From Octopus sinensis (Eukaryota), in contig NC_043017.1 of the NCBI RefSeq assembly GCF_006345805.1, positions 33,170,001-33,234,000 of the forward strand: a stretch of 64,000 nucleotides of DNA, in the 5' to 3' direction. Below the pieces are notes generated by a model, which worked only from the letters and a program-made list of their open reading frames with translations, was not told where the DNA came from and did no database searches. Positions 1 to 13,539 of the stretch are shown in pieces (position 1 is the first letter of the stretch; each line of letters opens with the position of its first letter). Made by a program: the position numbers and the translations under genes.

Positions 1-474
1 TCGCTCACGCTTTATGAAATAATAGAAAACCAGCGATAGTTTCCTGGAAAGATGCAGCCAAAAACGCTAACTTAAATGTTATGAAAAAACAAACAAACAA
101 ACAAACAATGGCTGCAGTGTGTATCAGACGAAACTATAATCTTTAAAGTGAAGAGAAATATAATTATATAGATGTTTTCACAAATATTGAGACATTTTAT
201 TTTCTACTTTGGCGAATGATATCAATATGTGTCCAATCATTATTTTAATTGAAGTATCTTATTTGTTTTATGAAATGACACCTGCTTCTCTCGCCCAATT
301 GTTTTAATGATTATTGTAGGAAGTAAAGATAATATCATAATTGTAACATCTGAAGTATTTTCATTTATTCTTCATCAGAACCGAAATGTCTTATAATTTT
401 TGACTATTTCTCTCGTTTTCTCTGTCTTCTCCATCTGTCAAAGAATTATTTTATGTGACTTTACAATCATACAG

Positions 475-515
<41 letters not shown>

Positions 516-913
516 TATATATAATAAATATTAGGGAATAAATCCAAATTTACAGGGAAAAAATCAGATTTAGGATTAAATCCAATTTTATAGTAAAATA
601 TTATAAAATATTATTAGAGACAAAACCACTATTTTGCAAAACAAACAAGGAAAGACTTAATCAACAATACAGTTCGATAGTTTGTAATTTTACCTTGTAA
701 TTTTGATATTTCATCGACTTTTATTATTTCGCATAACTTGCATTAATTTGTCTCTATATGAAAATAATGATTAAAACATTTCTATGATTATATTTACGTA
801 TATGTAAAAATCGTATTTTAGCAAAATTTCAATGTATAATATCTCCTCACATGAACTCAGCGTCCTAATAAATTATTGTTTTCGTTTAAATATTTGAAAA
901 CACGGTCCTTAAC

Positions 914-1208
914 TTTATTACTTTTGTTATCTTTGACCGCTGGTTACAAGCATCTTGGCTACGACAGCTAGTCCCTTTTATCTTTCTACTTGAGCACAAG
1001 CACTCACTCACGCACGCACACTCATACACATACACGCACGCACGCGTATGTAGATGTATGTATGTATGAATATAACGCGTGCGTGCGTGTATGTGTATGA
1101 GTGTGCGTGCGTGAGTGAGTGCTTGTGCTCAAGTAGAAAGATAAAAGGGACTAGCTGTCGTAGCCAAGATGCTTGTAACCAGCGGTCAAAGATAACAAAA
1201 GTAATAAA
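914..1208. repeat. Long perfect inverted repeat (134-bp arms, 27-nt loop)
   Basis: 914-1047 is the reverse complement of 1075-1208; no mismatch seen by eye. Confidence 0.95.
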
Positions 1209-1244
1209 TGAAGATAATAAAATTAAAATTAGGGAATGGGTTTG

Positions 1245-1294
1245 TATTTGTATGTATATGTGTGTATGTGTAGGTATGAATAGGTACACATATG

Positions 1295-1345
<51 letters not shown>

Positions 1346-1555
1346 GTATGTGTATATGTATATATGAGTATATAGGGACTTGTGTGTTGTGTGTGCATGT
1401 GTGTATGTGGATTTGTGTGTGTATGTGTGTATGTGTATGTGTGGTCGTGTGTGTGTATATATACATGTGTGTGTGTATATGTATGTGCATGTATATGTGT
1501 GTGTATGTATATATATGTATATATATATATATGTGGATATATGTATGTATATGTA

Positions 1556-1586
<31 letters not shown>

Positions 1587-1655
1587 GGGTGTGCGTGTAT
1601 GTATGTGTGTATGTATATGTGTGTGTGTATATATGTATACATATGTATATAGGTA
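1245..1655. repeat. Compound (TA)/(TG)/(TATG) microsatellite
   Basis: Alternating purine-pyrimidine tract; explains the Y/I/C/V/M/H/T-rich ORFs. Confidence 0.95.
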
Positions 1656-2012
1656 TAAGTGAGAATTTCCTTATTTACCTAAAACTCTATTCTTCTATAT
1701 ATTTTTTTATTCTCTTTTTTTATTCTTTTATTTATTCTTCTATCTAATTTACCACTGACTCCTTGACCACTCCCCCAAGTATGATTTTTTTGCGCTATGC
1801 CTACCCCCAAAAAGTCCCCCACCACCACCCCTTTAAACCTGCCTAAATGTATAAATGCCAATACAATTCTTGTTAACTAGCTTCCTGAAGATTTCTCTTG
1901 AATGAAACAGTTCTAGTCCTGTAGAAGCTCCTTCTATATAATAAATTAATTTTACTCTGCTATGTATTGAGTACCTTATTTACTGTGGTTAACCCCGAAT
2001 CAACCCGGGACC

Positions 2013-2084
<72 letters not shown>

Positions 2085-2191
2085 TGTATGTATGTATGTA
2101 TGTATAAGGATGAAAAGGAACACACGAGTTGATATATATGAAAAAATAAGTCAAGATAGAAAATGCTAAAATAATTTTATAAAGAACATTT

Positions 2192-2228
2192 CAGTACCGG
2201 TTTCGGACATTTGAGACCTTTTCAACTG
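2192..2228 (-). ncRNA. Minimal hammerhead-like motif, U3-A8 core variant, in a PLE-type terminus
   Basis: Minus strand reads cag-TTGAAAA-ggtctcaaatgtcc-GAAA-ccgg-TA-ctg; stem I cag/ctg, palindromic stem III ACCGGT, weak stem II. Confidence 0.6.
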
Positions 2229-2717
2229 TAACGATTAAATAATTAAATTTAGAAAAATTAAAAGAAAAGTTTTTTTAAAAGGATATTTGAATAGTGTTCA
2301 AATATAAGTGGCGTTTTCCTTGTTTCTGCCTTTCTCTGTCTCTCTTGTTTACTCTTGTGGGTTCGAGGTCGTTGTATATATATGATGGACCCATAAATAA
2401 GGAGAGGACCAGGAATGAATAAGTCAGGAGAGTTAAGAGAATAAGGTCATCAAAAATATCAGCTTACAACACTAATATTGTTCACAACTTCACTGTGCCG
2501 TCCTCCCCCACACCTACGCTTAACCTGAATTGGGCAGTACAAGAACTCAGTGTGATATATGCTCAGTGTTACAGGAAGCTTCAACAGACAGGCTATATTT
2601 CAAACGTATGTATGTATGTATGTATCTAAATGTGACCTCGTGTGTACCGTTGGCGATTTTTTGCCTCTGTCTTCCCTTCTCTGGATCTTTCCTTCTCTGG
2701 ATCTTTCCTTCTCCTAT

Positions 2718-2752
2718 GTTTCCGACGAAAAGCTCCGCTCGAAACGTTAAAC
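2718..2752 (+). ncRNA. Minimal hammerhead-like motif (CCGACGA core variant)
   Basis: gttt-CCGACGA-a-aagc tcc gctc-GAAA-cg-TT-aaac; stem I gttt/aaac, palindromic stem III AACGTT. Confidence 0.6.
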
Positions 2753-2878
2753 TCTCCTTCTTTCCTTCTTTCCTGAGCGTCCAATAATACTTTATTTGTT
2801 CCACGTCCTCGCGTTGCTGTGTTTTTTTGTGCTTTCTTGTTCGGATTAACTTTATCTATCTATCTGTGTGTGTGTGTG

Positions 2879-2927
<49 letters not shown>

Positions 2928-2939
2928 TGTGTGTGAAAA

Positions 2940-3560
2940 GTTTAGATTCAAAATAAATTACTGGCTTCGATAAATGGTTTTCCTCTGAATACTTCGGGGC
3001 TTTTATCACCCTCATATCTTATGATGATGTTGGCAAATGGTTCTGATTCATTCATAGATTATAGACGCTCTATATTACCATATCATTTGAAATTCTTCAG
3101 GCAATATGTAGAGTAGTGAGTAAACCTTGCTCTTCCTTTAAAATTTCCTAAATTTGCTTCAAAATAAATTGTCTGCCAAGTCAAATTTGCATATCTTAGA
3201 CTTTTGGCAGGATTGGTGACAGACAATTTTATTTCCGAATTATCTTCCCGTTTGTTCGCTAAAAATGTTTCGATAACTTCGACACATTCCTTATCAATAT
3301 TTTGAAAGTAACTTTTTCCTCACAAATTCTAAAAGTTTTCTACGGTGCCTATATGACTCATTGTTTCACAGTGAGGTACAGTTAAAATAGTGCACGAAAG
3401 AAGTCTTTCTCTCGCCTCCTGACATTTTTTATCTTCTACTATTTTCTTCTTTTCTATTTATTCCATATACTTTCAAAATTTCTTCCAGGCGTTACCCATT
3501 ACGATTCGTCTTGGCCTAACGATGTTTAAATGTTTTTTCGTTCCTTATGTATTCGACATT
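2940..3560 (-). mobile_element. Decayed Penelope-like reverse transcriptase fragment
   Basis: Frameshifted minus-strand translation gives SYFQNIDKECVEVIETFL...NLTWQTIYFE.N.GNFK...QGLLT, resembling PLE RT motifs (SLFTNI, YFxFN, QxxGL). Confidence 0.55.
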
Positions 3561-4874
3561 TAGAATGCAACCAAAGCTGATTATTATTATTTTATTCTAT
3601 TTAAACATTGCGGGATAATGTTTACGTTGAGCAATATAATTTCTGGCAATCCCTTTATGCAATGACTTTAACAAATTGATTTCCCTATTCTGTGCCTAGA
3701 TATATGCGTCTTAATATAGAAAGTTGATAAGGCGGCGAGCTGGCAGAAACGTTAGCCCGCCGGGCGGAATTCTTAGCGTCATTTCATCTGCCTTTACGTT
3801 CTGAGTTCAAATTCCGCCGAGGTCGACTTTGCCTTTCATCCTTTCAGGGTCGATAAATTAAGTACCAGTTACGTACTGGGGTCGATGTAATCGACTTAAT
3901 CCCTTTGTCTGTCCTTGTTTGTACTTTCTATGTTTAGCCCCTTGTGGGTAATAAAGAAATAAGAATCGTTACCGCGCCGAGGTCGATTTTCCTTTCATCC
4001 TTTCGGGGTCGATAGCTCAAGTACCAGTTACGCACTGGGGTCGATGTAATCGACGTAATCCCTTTGTCTGTCCTTGTTTATCCTTTCTATGGTTAGCCCC
4101 TTGTGGGCAATAAAGAAATAAGAATCGTTACCACGCCGAGCAAAATGTTAAACGGCATATCGTCCATCTTTACGTCCTGGGTTTCAAATTCCGCCGAGAT
4201 CGACTTCGTCTTTTATTTTTTCGGGGCCGATAAAATAAGTAAAATTTGAGCTCTGGGTGGGGTCAATGTAATCGACTTAACCTACCCACGAAATTGCTGG
4301 CCTTGTGCGAAAATTTGAAACTAATACAGAAAGTTGGTAATTACTGTTTAAAAAATCAATGTAGATTATCACTTCTAAGTGAAAAGTACAATCAGTTCTG
4401 TATCGATCCCATATATAAATATTTAACTTGACAGTTAACAAATGTAAAGCATTTCGTTATAGATTATAACATATAGTGTTTGAAACTAGCTCTCTCCACT
4501 TTCAAATTTAACTAAGAATTGGGTTTGAACTTGTGGAGGGTTTTGAGTGACCGCTGCAGGAAGCAGAGCTATGTCAGTGGCAATCATGAGTAGTGACCCG
4601 ACGTGTGTGTTTACACAAAAGGCTTAATGGTTTACACTCGATTGTGTATCACTTTTTAAAGATGATATACTATATATGTGTGTGTGTCTGTATGTGTGTG
4701 TGTGTGTGTATGTGTGTGTGTAGGTTGTTCAAGAAGTCTTTCTCTCGCCTCCTGACATTTTTTATCTTCTACTATTTTCTTCTTTTCTATTTATTCCATA
4801 TCCTTTCAAAATTTCTTCCAGGCGTTACCCATTACGATTCGTCTTGGCCTAACGATGTTTAAATGTTCTTTCGT
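3398..4874. repeat. 144-bp direct repeat pair (3398-3541 and 4731-4874)
   Basis: aagaagtctttctctcgcc...gtttaaatgtt.tttcgt occurs twice with about 2 mismatches. Confidence 0.9.
3729..4320 (+). mobile_element. SINE family B, tandem multimer
   Basis: Head aaggcggcgagctggcagaa, B box gagttcaaattcc, body gcctttcatcctttcggggtcgataaattaagtacc repeated. Confidence 0.9.
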
Positions 4875-5160
4875 CGATTGTTTAGTCTGTACGTCCACCT
4901 GTGTTTGTTGTTTGGTTTGAAGCCCTAACACTTCACAAACTTTATATTTTCAAAATTTAGCATAGGGAATAATATACAGTCGACAACTGAAGAGGTGTTA
5001 GACTTCTTTTGATATTTTGTCCCGCACTTGTCTCTTGTTATGTGTTCACGTATTTTTCAATCGTTTGTAATGTCCTGTACTTATCTCTCGATATATGTTT
5101 ACGTATTTTTCACTCGCTGGTGATGTCCTATACCTAATGAATATTATATATAATGAATAT

Positions 5161-5225
<65 letters not shown>

Positions 5226-5537
5226 GAATAATATATATATATATTCGTGTTCTACTTGTCATTTGAATGCGGCTATGCACTACTTTAAAGGAATTTAGTC
5301 AAACAAATCGACCCTAGAGCTTATTCTTTGTAAGCCTAATACTTATTTTATCGGTTTCTTTTGCCCAACCGCTAAGTTACGGAAACGTAAACACACCAAC
5401 ATCGGTTGTCAAGCGATGGTGGGGAGACAAGCACAGACAAAAACACACAAATACACACACACATATACGATGGGCCACTTTCAGTTTCCGTCTAACATAT
5501 CCACTCACAAGGCTTGGTTGGGTTGGCCAATGTGTCA

Positions 5538-5597
<60 letters not shown>

Positions 5598-5738
5598 GCA
5601 GAAGCAACAGAGCTTGATAAGTGCCAACGCACGTAACTCTCAGACCTTGAGTCACTTTGTTGCTTCTGTTAAATTTTAATAAAAGTATACATACACTCAT
5701 ATTTTGTGTTCTATTGTTCCTGTTTGCATCACAAAACC

Positions 5739-5775
<37 letters not shown>

Positions 5776-6701
5776 CTGTGTGCGCGCACGCGGTTGCGTG
5801 TCTGTGGTATGTACCTGTAATTGTGTATCTGTGGTGATTTGGCTATGTTGATACCAGTATTTATATCATACCCTGTCTTAGCCTATTGCCTTTGTGATCA
5901 TTCTTCTATGGCCCTAGTTCCACGTGTAACCTACAAATTGTTTTCCTTGGGTAGTTATGTTTTGCGTAAACGCACATCATTTTAAAGAGATAGATTTCGT
6001 CTATGTGGCCCGTTTGCTCTTTGCAAAATTATTAATTATATTATGTAGAATACGCCTAAGCACAGCAATAAGCATTGGAAAAACTTGATTTAAGAATAAT
6101 TCATTTAGTACATATATAAATTAGTACATCATTTAATATGTTTAATATGTTTTCCAGGATTTTTTTAATCTATGAGCAAAAATTTACTTCATGTTTTATA
6201 TTTGATTTATTTTTGTTCTTTCTTTTATGTTCAAGGCAAGCCATTGCCTAAATAGCTCAGGTGCAACAATGCTGAGTGAATTAACATTTCTCGACTTGAA
6301 GAAGATTGATCTTTTAAAAGCGTTTATCCGGCATATTTTCACGTGTGTTCATTATAGGTGTCAATAAACTAGGGCAAGACCGAATACTTTTAGAAGAATA
6401 TAAAACTGTTCAGTCCTTATACTGCGTCAATCATACCTTTTCAATCATTTATTTTTTACTTTTTTTCAGTCATTAGATTGCGGCCATGCTGGGGCACCGC
6501 CTTCTAAGATTTTTAGTTGCTTGAATTAACTCCAGTACTTAATTTTTTTTAAAGTCTGGTTCTTATTCCATCGTTCACTTTTGCCGAACCACTAATGTTA
6601 CAGAGACATATACACACGAACACTTGTCAAGCGATGGTATCACACACACACACACACACATACACACACACACGCACGCACACACACATACACACACACA
6701 C

Positions 6702-7520
6702 AAGGGGCGTAGGATATTTGAGATCAGTTTTATGCTTATAAAAACAGATATATAATAAAAGATAACTTGATTTATCAAAAATTACTATCAGGTTAATAAT
6801 AAACCTTTTCCATAATGTTATTCAATAAAGCCACCTTCAGCTTCAACAACAGCTTCTGTACGACATCTAAATTATCTTCATGTTCGAATCAAGCGGTTCT
6901 GGTTCATTTTGGACATTATTCTGAATATGGCAGCTTTCAAAGAACCTTTGGTGTTATGGGCGTGTTCATTGCCCCCTCTCACAACAACGCTCCACATGTA
7001 ATAGTCCAAAGGACTGAGATCTGGGGCCAAATTAGGTGGCCAAATGTTTGGGGTTATGTGATAATGAAAATTTTCGGCCATCCATTCCTGTGTTACTAGA
7101 TCCATGTGTGATCGTACAGAGTCTTACTGAACTACATATGGCCTTCTATTGCATACACTGTCTATCCAGAGATTAACAATTATTTCCAGGACCTCAATGT
7201 AGGCGGGAGAGTTAGCTCTAAGGCCTTGTGAAAGAAGTAAGGAGGCATCACATGTCCTTCATAGCTGACAACCTATTAAACCACGACAGTTGCAGGAAAT
7301 TTTGAATGCATAACACTTGGAACTTCAAAAGGGTCTTCACAAAACCATCTGTCATTTCTTCTCTTAACCTTTTGATCTTGGTCGAAGTTTTTCTTGTTTG
7401 AGAAAAACCATATTAAATCTTCTTCAGCTGAATTTTTCAGTATGTTTAAGAGCCTTTTAGATCTGATGTAGTGATTTTCATTTGCTTTTTCTGAGTAAGC
7501 TGAGGGTCTGCCATTATTAT
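6702..7520 (-). mobile_element. Tc1/mariner (maT-like) transposase remnant
   Basis: ORF 6878-7105 has IWPPNLAPDLSPLDYYMW; upstream frameshifted KFPATVVV...GHVMPPYFF. Confidence 0.85.
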
Positions 7521-7598
7521 ATTATCATTATTTTCTGAAACAAAGATTATACAGAGTTAGCAAAAGATGTAGCAATGACCTCAAATACCTTACGCACG

Positions 7599-7636
<38 letters not shown>

Positions 7637-8055
7637 CGGGATCCTTTCAATTTCCCTCTACCAAACTCCCAAGGCCTTTGTCGGCCCGATGCTATAATAG
7701 AAGACACTTGCCCAAGGTGCCACGCTGTGAGACGGAACTCTGCACCACATGGTTTGGAAGCAAGCTTCCTACCACACAGCCATGCCTGTGCCTATATTAG
7801 AAACTATATTTACATTTTAGATTCAAGTGTTTTTTTCTTATTTTTTGGTTACGAGGGCAACATGCAGAATTTTGGCATTTTCAACTTTCGTAAAAAAGAC
7901 CTTGAAACAAACGGATAAAGAGGAAACCTATGAAAGTACATCAAATTAGTTTTTGATGACCTTGATTAGATTCAAGCAGCCTTAATTGAGCAAAACCACG
8001 CCCGAAATTATTCCAACGATCACTATTAATTACTTTAAAGGTATCTAAAACTATA

Positions 8056-8288
8056 AAGGCGGCGAGCTGGCAGAATCGTTAGCACGCCGGGCAAAATGCG
8101 TAGCTGTATTTCGTCTGCCGTTACGTTCTGAGTTCAAATTCCGCTGAGGTCGACTTTGCCTTTCATCCTTTCGGGGTCGATAAATTAAGTACCAATTACG
8201 CACTGGGGTCGATGTAATCGACTTAATCCGTTTGTCTGTCCTTGTTTGTCCTCTCTGTGTTTAGCCCCTTGTGGGTAGTAAAGACATT
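8056..8288 (+). mobile_element. SINE family B with TSD
   Basis: Full head and body; ggtatctaaaactata duplicated at 8040-8055 and 8289-8304. Confidence 0.9.
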
Positions 8289-8593
8289 GGTATCTAAAAC
8301 TATACACCCTAACGTGTCCCTTCTTGAATACTGTAAGGATTATTGTCTGCGAGATATGGCTATTATTTCTAGCAGGCCGAGCAGTTAAGTTGGGACTTTT
8401 TCATTGAACCGTTTTAATAAGAGGCTCTCACTTTATGGGAGTGATTATGGCTTTTAGTGTGATCGGGACTATGCAATGTATTTTTTTTACTTTTTCCTTT
8501 CAAGACCATCGGTTCTAATTTGAGGGAGATTTGGATAAGGCTTCCAGCAGGTCAAACGGCCGTGCACACATTCTGTTGTTAGTTCAGTATATA

Positions 8594-8998
8594 GGCGCAG
8601 GAGTGGCTGTGTGGTAAGTAGCTTGCTAACCAACCACATGGTTCCGGGTTCAGTCCCACTGCGTGGCATCTTGGGTAAGTGTCTTCTGCTATAGCCCCGG
8701 GCCGACCAATGCCTTGTGAGTGGATTTGGTAGACGGAAACTGAAAGAAGCCTGTCGTATATATGTATATATATATGTGTGTATATGTGTTTGTGTGTCTG
8801 TGTTTGTCCCCCTAGCATTGCTTGACAACCGATGCTGGTGTGTTTACGTCCCCGTAAATTAGCGGTTCGGCAAAAGCGACCGATAGAATAAGTACTGGGC
8901 TTACAAAGAATAAGTCCCGGGTTCGAGTTGCTCGATTAAAGGCGCTGTTCCAGCATGGCCGCAGTCAAATGACTGAAACAAGTAAAAGAGTAAAAGAG
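8594..8998 (+). mobile_element. SINE family A (tRNA head, CORE-like ttgggcaagt segment, internal microsatellite, stem-loop tail)
   Basis: A box tggctgtgtgg, B box gggttcagtcc, tail cagcatggccgcagtcaaatgactgaaacaag(taaaagag)n; >20 homologues in window. Confidence 0.9.
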
Positions 8999-9589
8999 AG
9001 AGATATCACATGGCTTTTTATGTTTGTCAAGTAACATACTAATTGTAGAGTATGAGCATGCTAATTTTCCACCAATGCACTATTCTAAGATGTCTGACCT
9101 TACTATTAAAGACTGTCCCCGCTTTTCGCTAATAAAAGAAACAATTTAGCTTTTTGAAGCCTTTGTGAATATATTTTTACGATTCATCGGATAGTTTTTA
9201 TTATTTGCATCAAGATTTCATGGTTGTATGAGAACAAGGTATTTCACGCATTGACTTGCCTTTGTATTTCTTAATATAAGTTTTAATTTGATTGTTTAAA
9301 GTTTACCCAAAGTTGCTTATTAATAGATTTTTATAAACGCATCGTATATCATTCGTTCAAACACATATGCGTGTAGGGGTGCGACCCACACGTGAGTTTA
9401 TATGTATACATACATATATATAGATACATATGTGTGCGTGCGTGGGTGCTTGTGTATGTATGTATGTATGTATGTATGTATGTATGTATGTATGTATGTA
9501 TGTGTGTCATGTTATCAGTAAAATCTAAAGTTTTCAACTTTTAAAATAATCGTTTGATGTCTGCTTGTAACTGTGTTAATCCAATTATA

Positions 9590-9722
9590 AATATCTATAT
9601 ATATATATACGTATGTATGTATATATATATATATTATATTTATATATATATGTATGTATGTATATATATATATAATTTATATATATGTATGTATATATAT
9701 ATATATAATATATATATATTTA

Positions 9723-9802
<80 letters not shown>

Positions 9803-9828
9803 TGTATATACATATACATATATACATG

Positions 9829-9860
<32 letters not shown>

Positions 9861-9865
9861 ATATG

Positions 9866-9901
<36 letters not shown>

Positions 9902-9906
9902 ATATA

Positions 9907-9952
<46 letters not shown>

Positions 9953-9966
9953 ATACATATACATAT

Positions 9967-10010
<44 letters not shown>
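9590..10010. repeat. Long (TA)n-rich microsatellite
   Basis: About 420 bp of nearly pure TA repeat. Confidence 0.95.
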
Positions 10011-10445
10011 TTATATATTTAAATAGGTTTATATATTGCTTGATGGAGGGCTAATGGTGAGTAAATGGGCAATCAGTCAGTGAAATTGATATTAGGAATA
10101 AAATAGTTGTTGGATTAAAATTTTTCAAAGGACTTTACTTTGGAAATCTCATTAATACGCCACTTCCTGTACATCTGGCTGTGCAAACGACGTTCCTTAA
10201 TATAGATCATTTGTTTTGATGACACAAGAAGTTCAAAGGAAATACGGCTCATAACCAACATAGCATAAGAAATCATAGAATGCTCTGTTATATTATTATA
10301 TATCAAATATGAATGTTAATGTGTGTGTTACCGTGAATATATATGAAAGTTAATATTTAAGACTATAACGTAATTTTCTATTTAATGATCATACGAATTA
10401 AATAACCCAAATATATATGTACATGGTGTGTCTCTATGCGTGTGC

Positions 10446-10522
<77 letters not shown>

Positions 10523-10536
10523 TATATTTATATATA

Positions 10537-10930
10537 GGCGAAGGAGTGGCTGTGTGGTAAGTAGCTTGCTAACCAACCACATGGTTCCGGGTTCAGTCCA
10601 ACTGCGTGGCATCTTGGGCAAGTGTCTTCTGCTATAGCCCCGGGCCGACCAATGCCTTGTGAGTGGATTTGGTAGAGGGAAACTGAAAGAACCCTGTCGT
10701 ATGTATGTATATATGTATGTGTGTGTATATGTTTGTGTGTCTGTGTTTGTCCCCCTAGCATTGCCTGACAACCGGTGCTGCTGTGTTTACGTCCCCGTAA
10801 CTTAGAGGTTTGGCAAAAGAGATCGATAGAATAAGTACTAGGCTTACAAAGAATATGTCCCGTGGTCGATTTGCTCGACTAAAGGCGGTGCTCCAGCATG
10901 GCCGCAGTCAAATGACTGAAACAAGTAAAA
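10537..10930 (+). mobile_element. SINE family A
   Basis: Near-identical to 8594-8998. Confidence 0.9.
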
Positions 10931-11405
10931 TATATATATATATATGTATGCGTGAGTACATGCGTGAGTACATGTATATATGCGTGTATATATGTATTTG
11001 TGTATATGTGTACATGTATAAATGCCTATATACATGTGTGTGTGCGCGCGCGCGCGTGTGTGTGTGTGTGTGTGTGATGATTGAATGTGTACGTTTATAT
11101 ATGTGAGAGCGTAGTGTTACATAGTGTTGAAAAAATAAAAAGAATTCCATGAGAAAATATTTCTGAAAATGAAAACATGTTGAAATCATAAGATTTTGAA
11201 TCTGCTTCTGTAGTCTTTTACAGTAGGGCCACGGCCATACTGTAACATCTCCTTCTCCGTTTAAGTTGATCATTGCTTACTTTCCGAAGTCTGGTACTTA
11301 TTTCACTCACCCCTGTTCGTTGATATCGGACAAAAATATAAATATTCACACCTGTTCGATCTTATGGGACAAGGATATAAATATGCATATAGAGATGTAG
11401 TGATA

Positions 11406-11436
<31 letters not shown>

Positions 11437-11469
11437 CTGTGTGTATGTGTCTGTGTGTTCTTTCTCTCT

Positions 11470-11852
11470 TTCTCTTTACTCTTTTACTTGTTTCAGTCAT
11501 TTGACTGCGGCCATGCTGGAGCACCGCCTTTAGTCGAGTAAATCGACCCCGAGACTTATTCTTTGTAAGCCCAGTACTTATTCTATCGGTCTCTTTTCCC
11601 GAACCGCTAAGTTACGGGGACGTAAACACACCAGCATCGGTTGTCAAGCAATGCTAGGGATACAAACACAGACACATACATATATACATATATACGACAG
11701 GCTTCTTTCAGTTTCCGTCTATCAAATCCACTCACAAGGCATTGGTCGGCCTGGGGCTATAGCAGAAAACACTTGCCCAAGATGCCACGCAGTGGGACTG
11801 AACTCGGAACCATGTGCTTGGTAAGCAAGCTACTTACCACACAGCCAATCCT
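11470..11852 (-). mobile_element. SINE family A
   Basis: Reverse-complement copy of family A. Confidence 0.9.
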
Positions 11853-11889
11853 GTTTCAGCAAACAAGAAAAAGTATGTAGCGTCATAAA

Positions 11890-12040
11890 GATCAGGTCTC
11901 CTGCAGAAGCTGATGTGGAAATCTCTTTGAAAATCAAAGAAGATAAAAATGGATAAATGATTCGAAACTTGCAGCTTCTACATCCAGATTATGAATTTGC
12001 ATTCGTGCCAATTACAGCTGATGCACTTGGCTACGTAGCT
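11890..12040 (+). mobile_element. R4/NeSL-like LINE restriction-like endonuclease C-terminal fragment
   Basis: Translates to ADVEISLKIKE...IRNLQLLHPDYEFAFVPITADALGYV, resembling the PIIIGALG motif. Confidence 0.45.
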
Positions 12041-12744
12041 TCCGAAATGTCCGTGGTCAGCGCTGTGAAATGACCTGTTGTCGCTTCACAGTTAGGGTTA
12101 GAAGACACGTTAATGTGTAAATAGCCAGACAGACTGCACAGTAAAGTGTAAATGGTGAGTTACAACGCAAGGCATAGTGGTACCGGCTTTGGTAAATTAC
12201 ACAAGACCCAAGGAAACACATAACAGAACAGAACTGAAAATACATGATCGTAAAGCGAACTTCATTACTGCCATTTCTGCTTGTAAAGTTTGTAACCAGC
12301 AGGTTTAGAAAATATTTGAGTCTATAAATATTATTATTTTAAAATTCATTTAACTGAGCTTCCACTTTTAAGAAATATTTCAGCTATTATCCTTTCAGCT
12401 GTAGGCGAAAGACCTGAAATTTTAGCCAAGGAGTAATTTGATTACATCGATAATTTGATATAATTTGATTATTTATCTAGTTTCAGCTCACAAGCTGTGG
12501 CCATGCTGGGGCACCGCCATTTGGTGTTGCTACACGATTTTACTTCACGAATGCTTTGGTACTTTTTTTGTCGACCCCGAAAGGATAAAAGGAAAAGTTG
12601 AGCTTGACAGAATTTGAACTCAGATCGTAAAGAAGGGCGAAATGCCGCTAAACATTTTGACCGATTCTGCAACTCACCGCCTTTATATCGGCTATAATTG
12701 AATTCATTTACATTATATAGACTTGATAATATACACTTACTCTA

Positions 12745-13110
12745 CGGCAGCGAGCTGGCAGAACCGTTAGCACGCTGGGCGAAATGCTTAGCAGTATTTT
12801 GTCGCCGCTACGTTCTGAGTTCAAATTCCGCCGAGGTCGACTTTGCCTTTTATCCTTTCGGGGTCGATATAATCGACTTAATCCGTTTGTCTGTCCTTGT
12901 TTGTCCTGTCTATCTTTAGCTCCTTGTGGGTAGTAAAAAAATATGCATTTCATCTGTCTTGGTGTTCTGAGTTCAAATTCCGCCGTGGTCAACTTTACCT
13001 TTCATCCTCTCGGAATCGATAAATTAAGTTCCAGTTGTGTACTAGAGTCGATCTAATCGACTGGCCCCCTCCCCCAAAATTTCGGGCCCTGTGCCTAAAG
13101 TAGAAAAGAA
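12745..13110 (+). mobile_element. SINE family B dimer
   Basis: Head plus two bodies; aatatacacttac on both flanks. Confidence 0.85.
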
Positions 13111-13539
13111 TATACACTTACGCTGTTGTTGTCTGCTATATCATTATGCTATTTTATAATAGTCAGCTTTATATTACAGGGATCATTGCAATAAAATATT
13201 ATTGTAACATTTAAGCATCACGATAAATTTGCTTTTACAGAAATAAAAATATTGTTTAGAACCACTGGCAAACCCCTGCATTTTAAAGGGAGAAATGGGA
13301 TTCGAGATTAACTTAAATAACCTTCAATAATTGACAAAATTTATTTTATAGACCCCCTAGGCTATGGTGAGATTTAAACTAACAATATAAAAGGATACAA
13401 CTCAGTGCCACCAGGCATTTTCTTTAGCGCTCTACTGATTTTGAAATTCACTGCCCTTTAGATATATGAATATTAAATTGGATTAAACAATTGAAATAGC
13501 TATTTCTTTTAAAAACTATAATTAAATTCTGTTCGTCAA

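Noticed and set aside
930-975. GGTTACAAGC resembling a twister ribozyme loop
   Set aside because: Flanking P4 stem and pseudoknot partners not found
1008-1747. Many overlapping 60-200 aa ORFs (also at 9.5, 26.3, 32.6 and 61.9-63.9 kb)
   Set aside because: Stop-free translations of microsatellites
8487-8828. Recurrent ORF MSSNARGTNTD...RRHLPK..RSGTEPG
   Set aside because: Antisense translation of SINE family A, not a gene family
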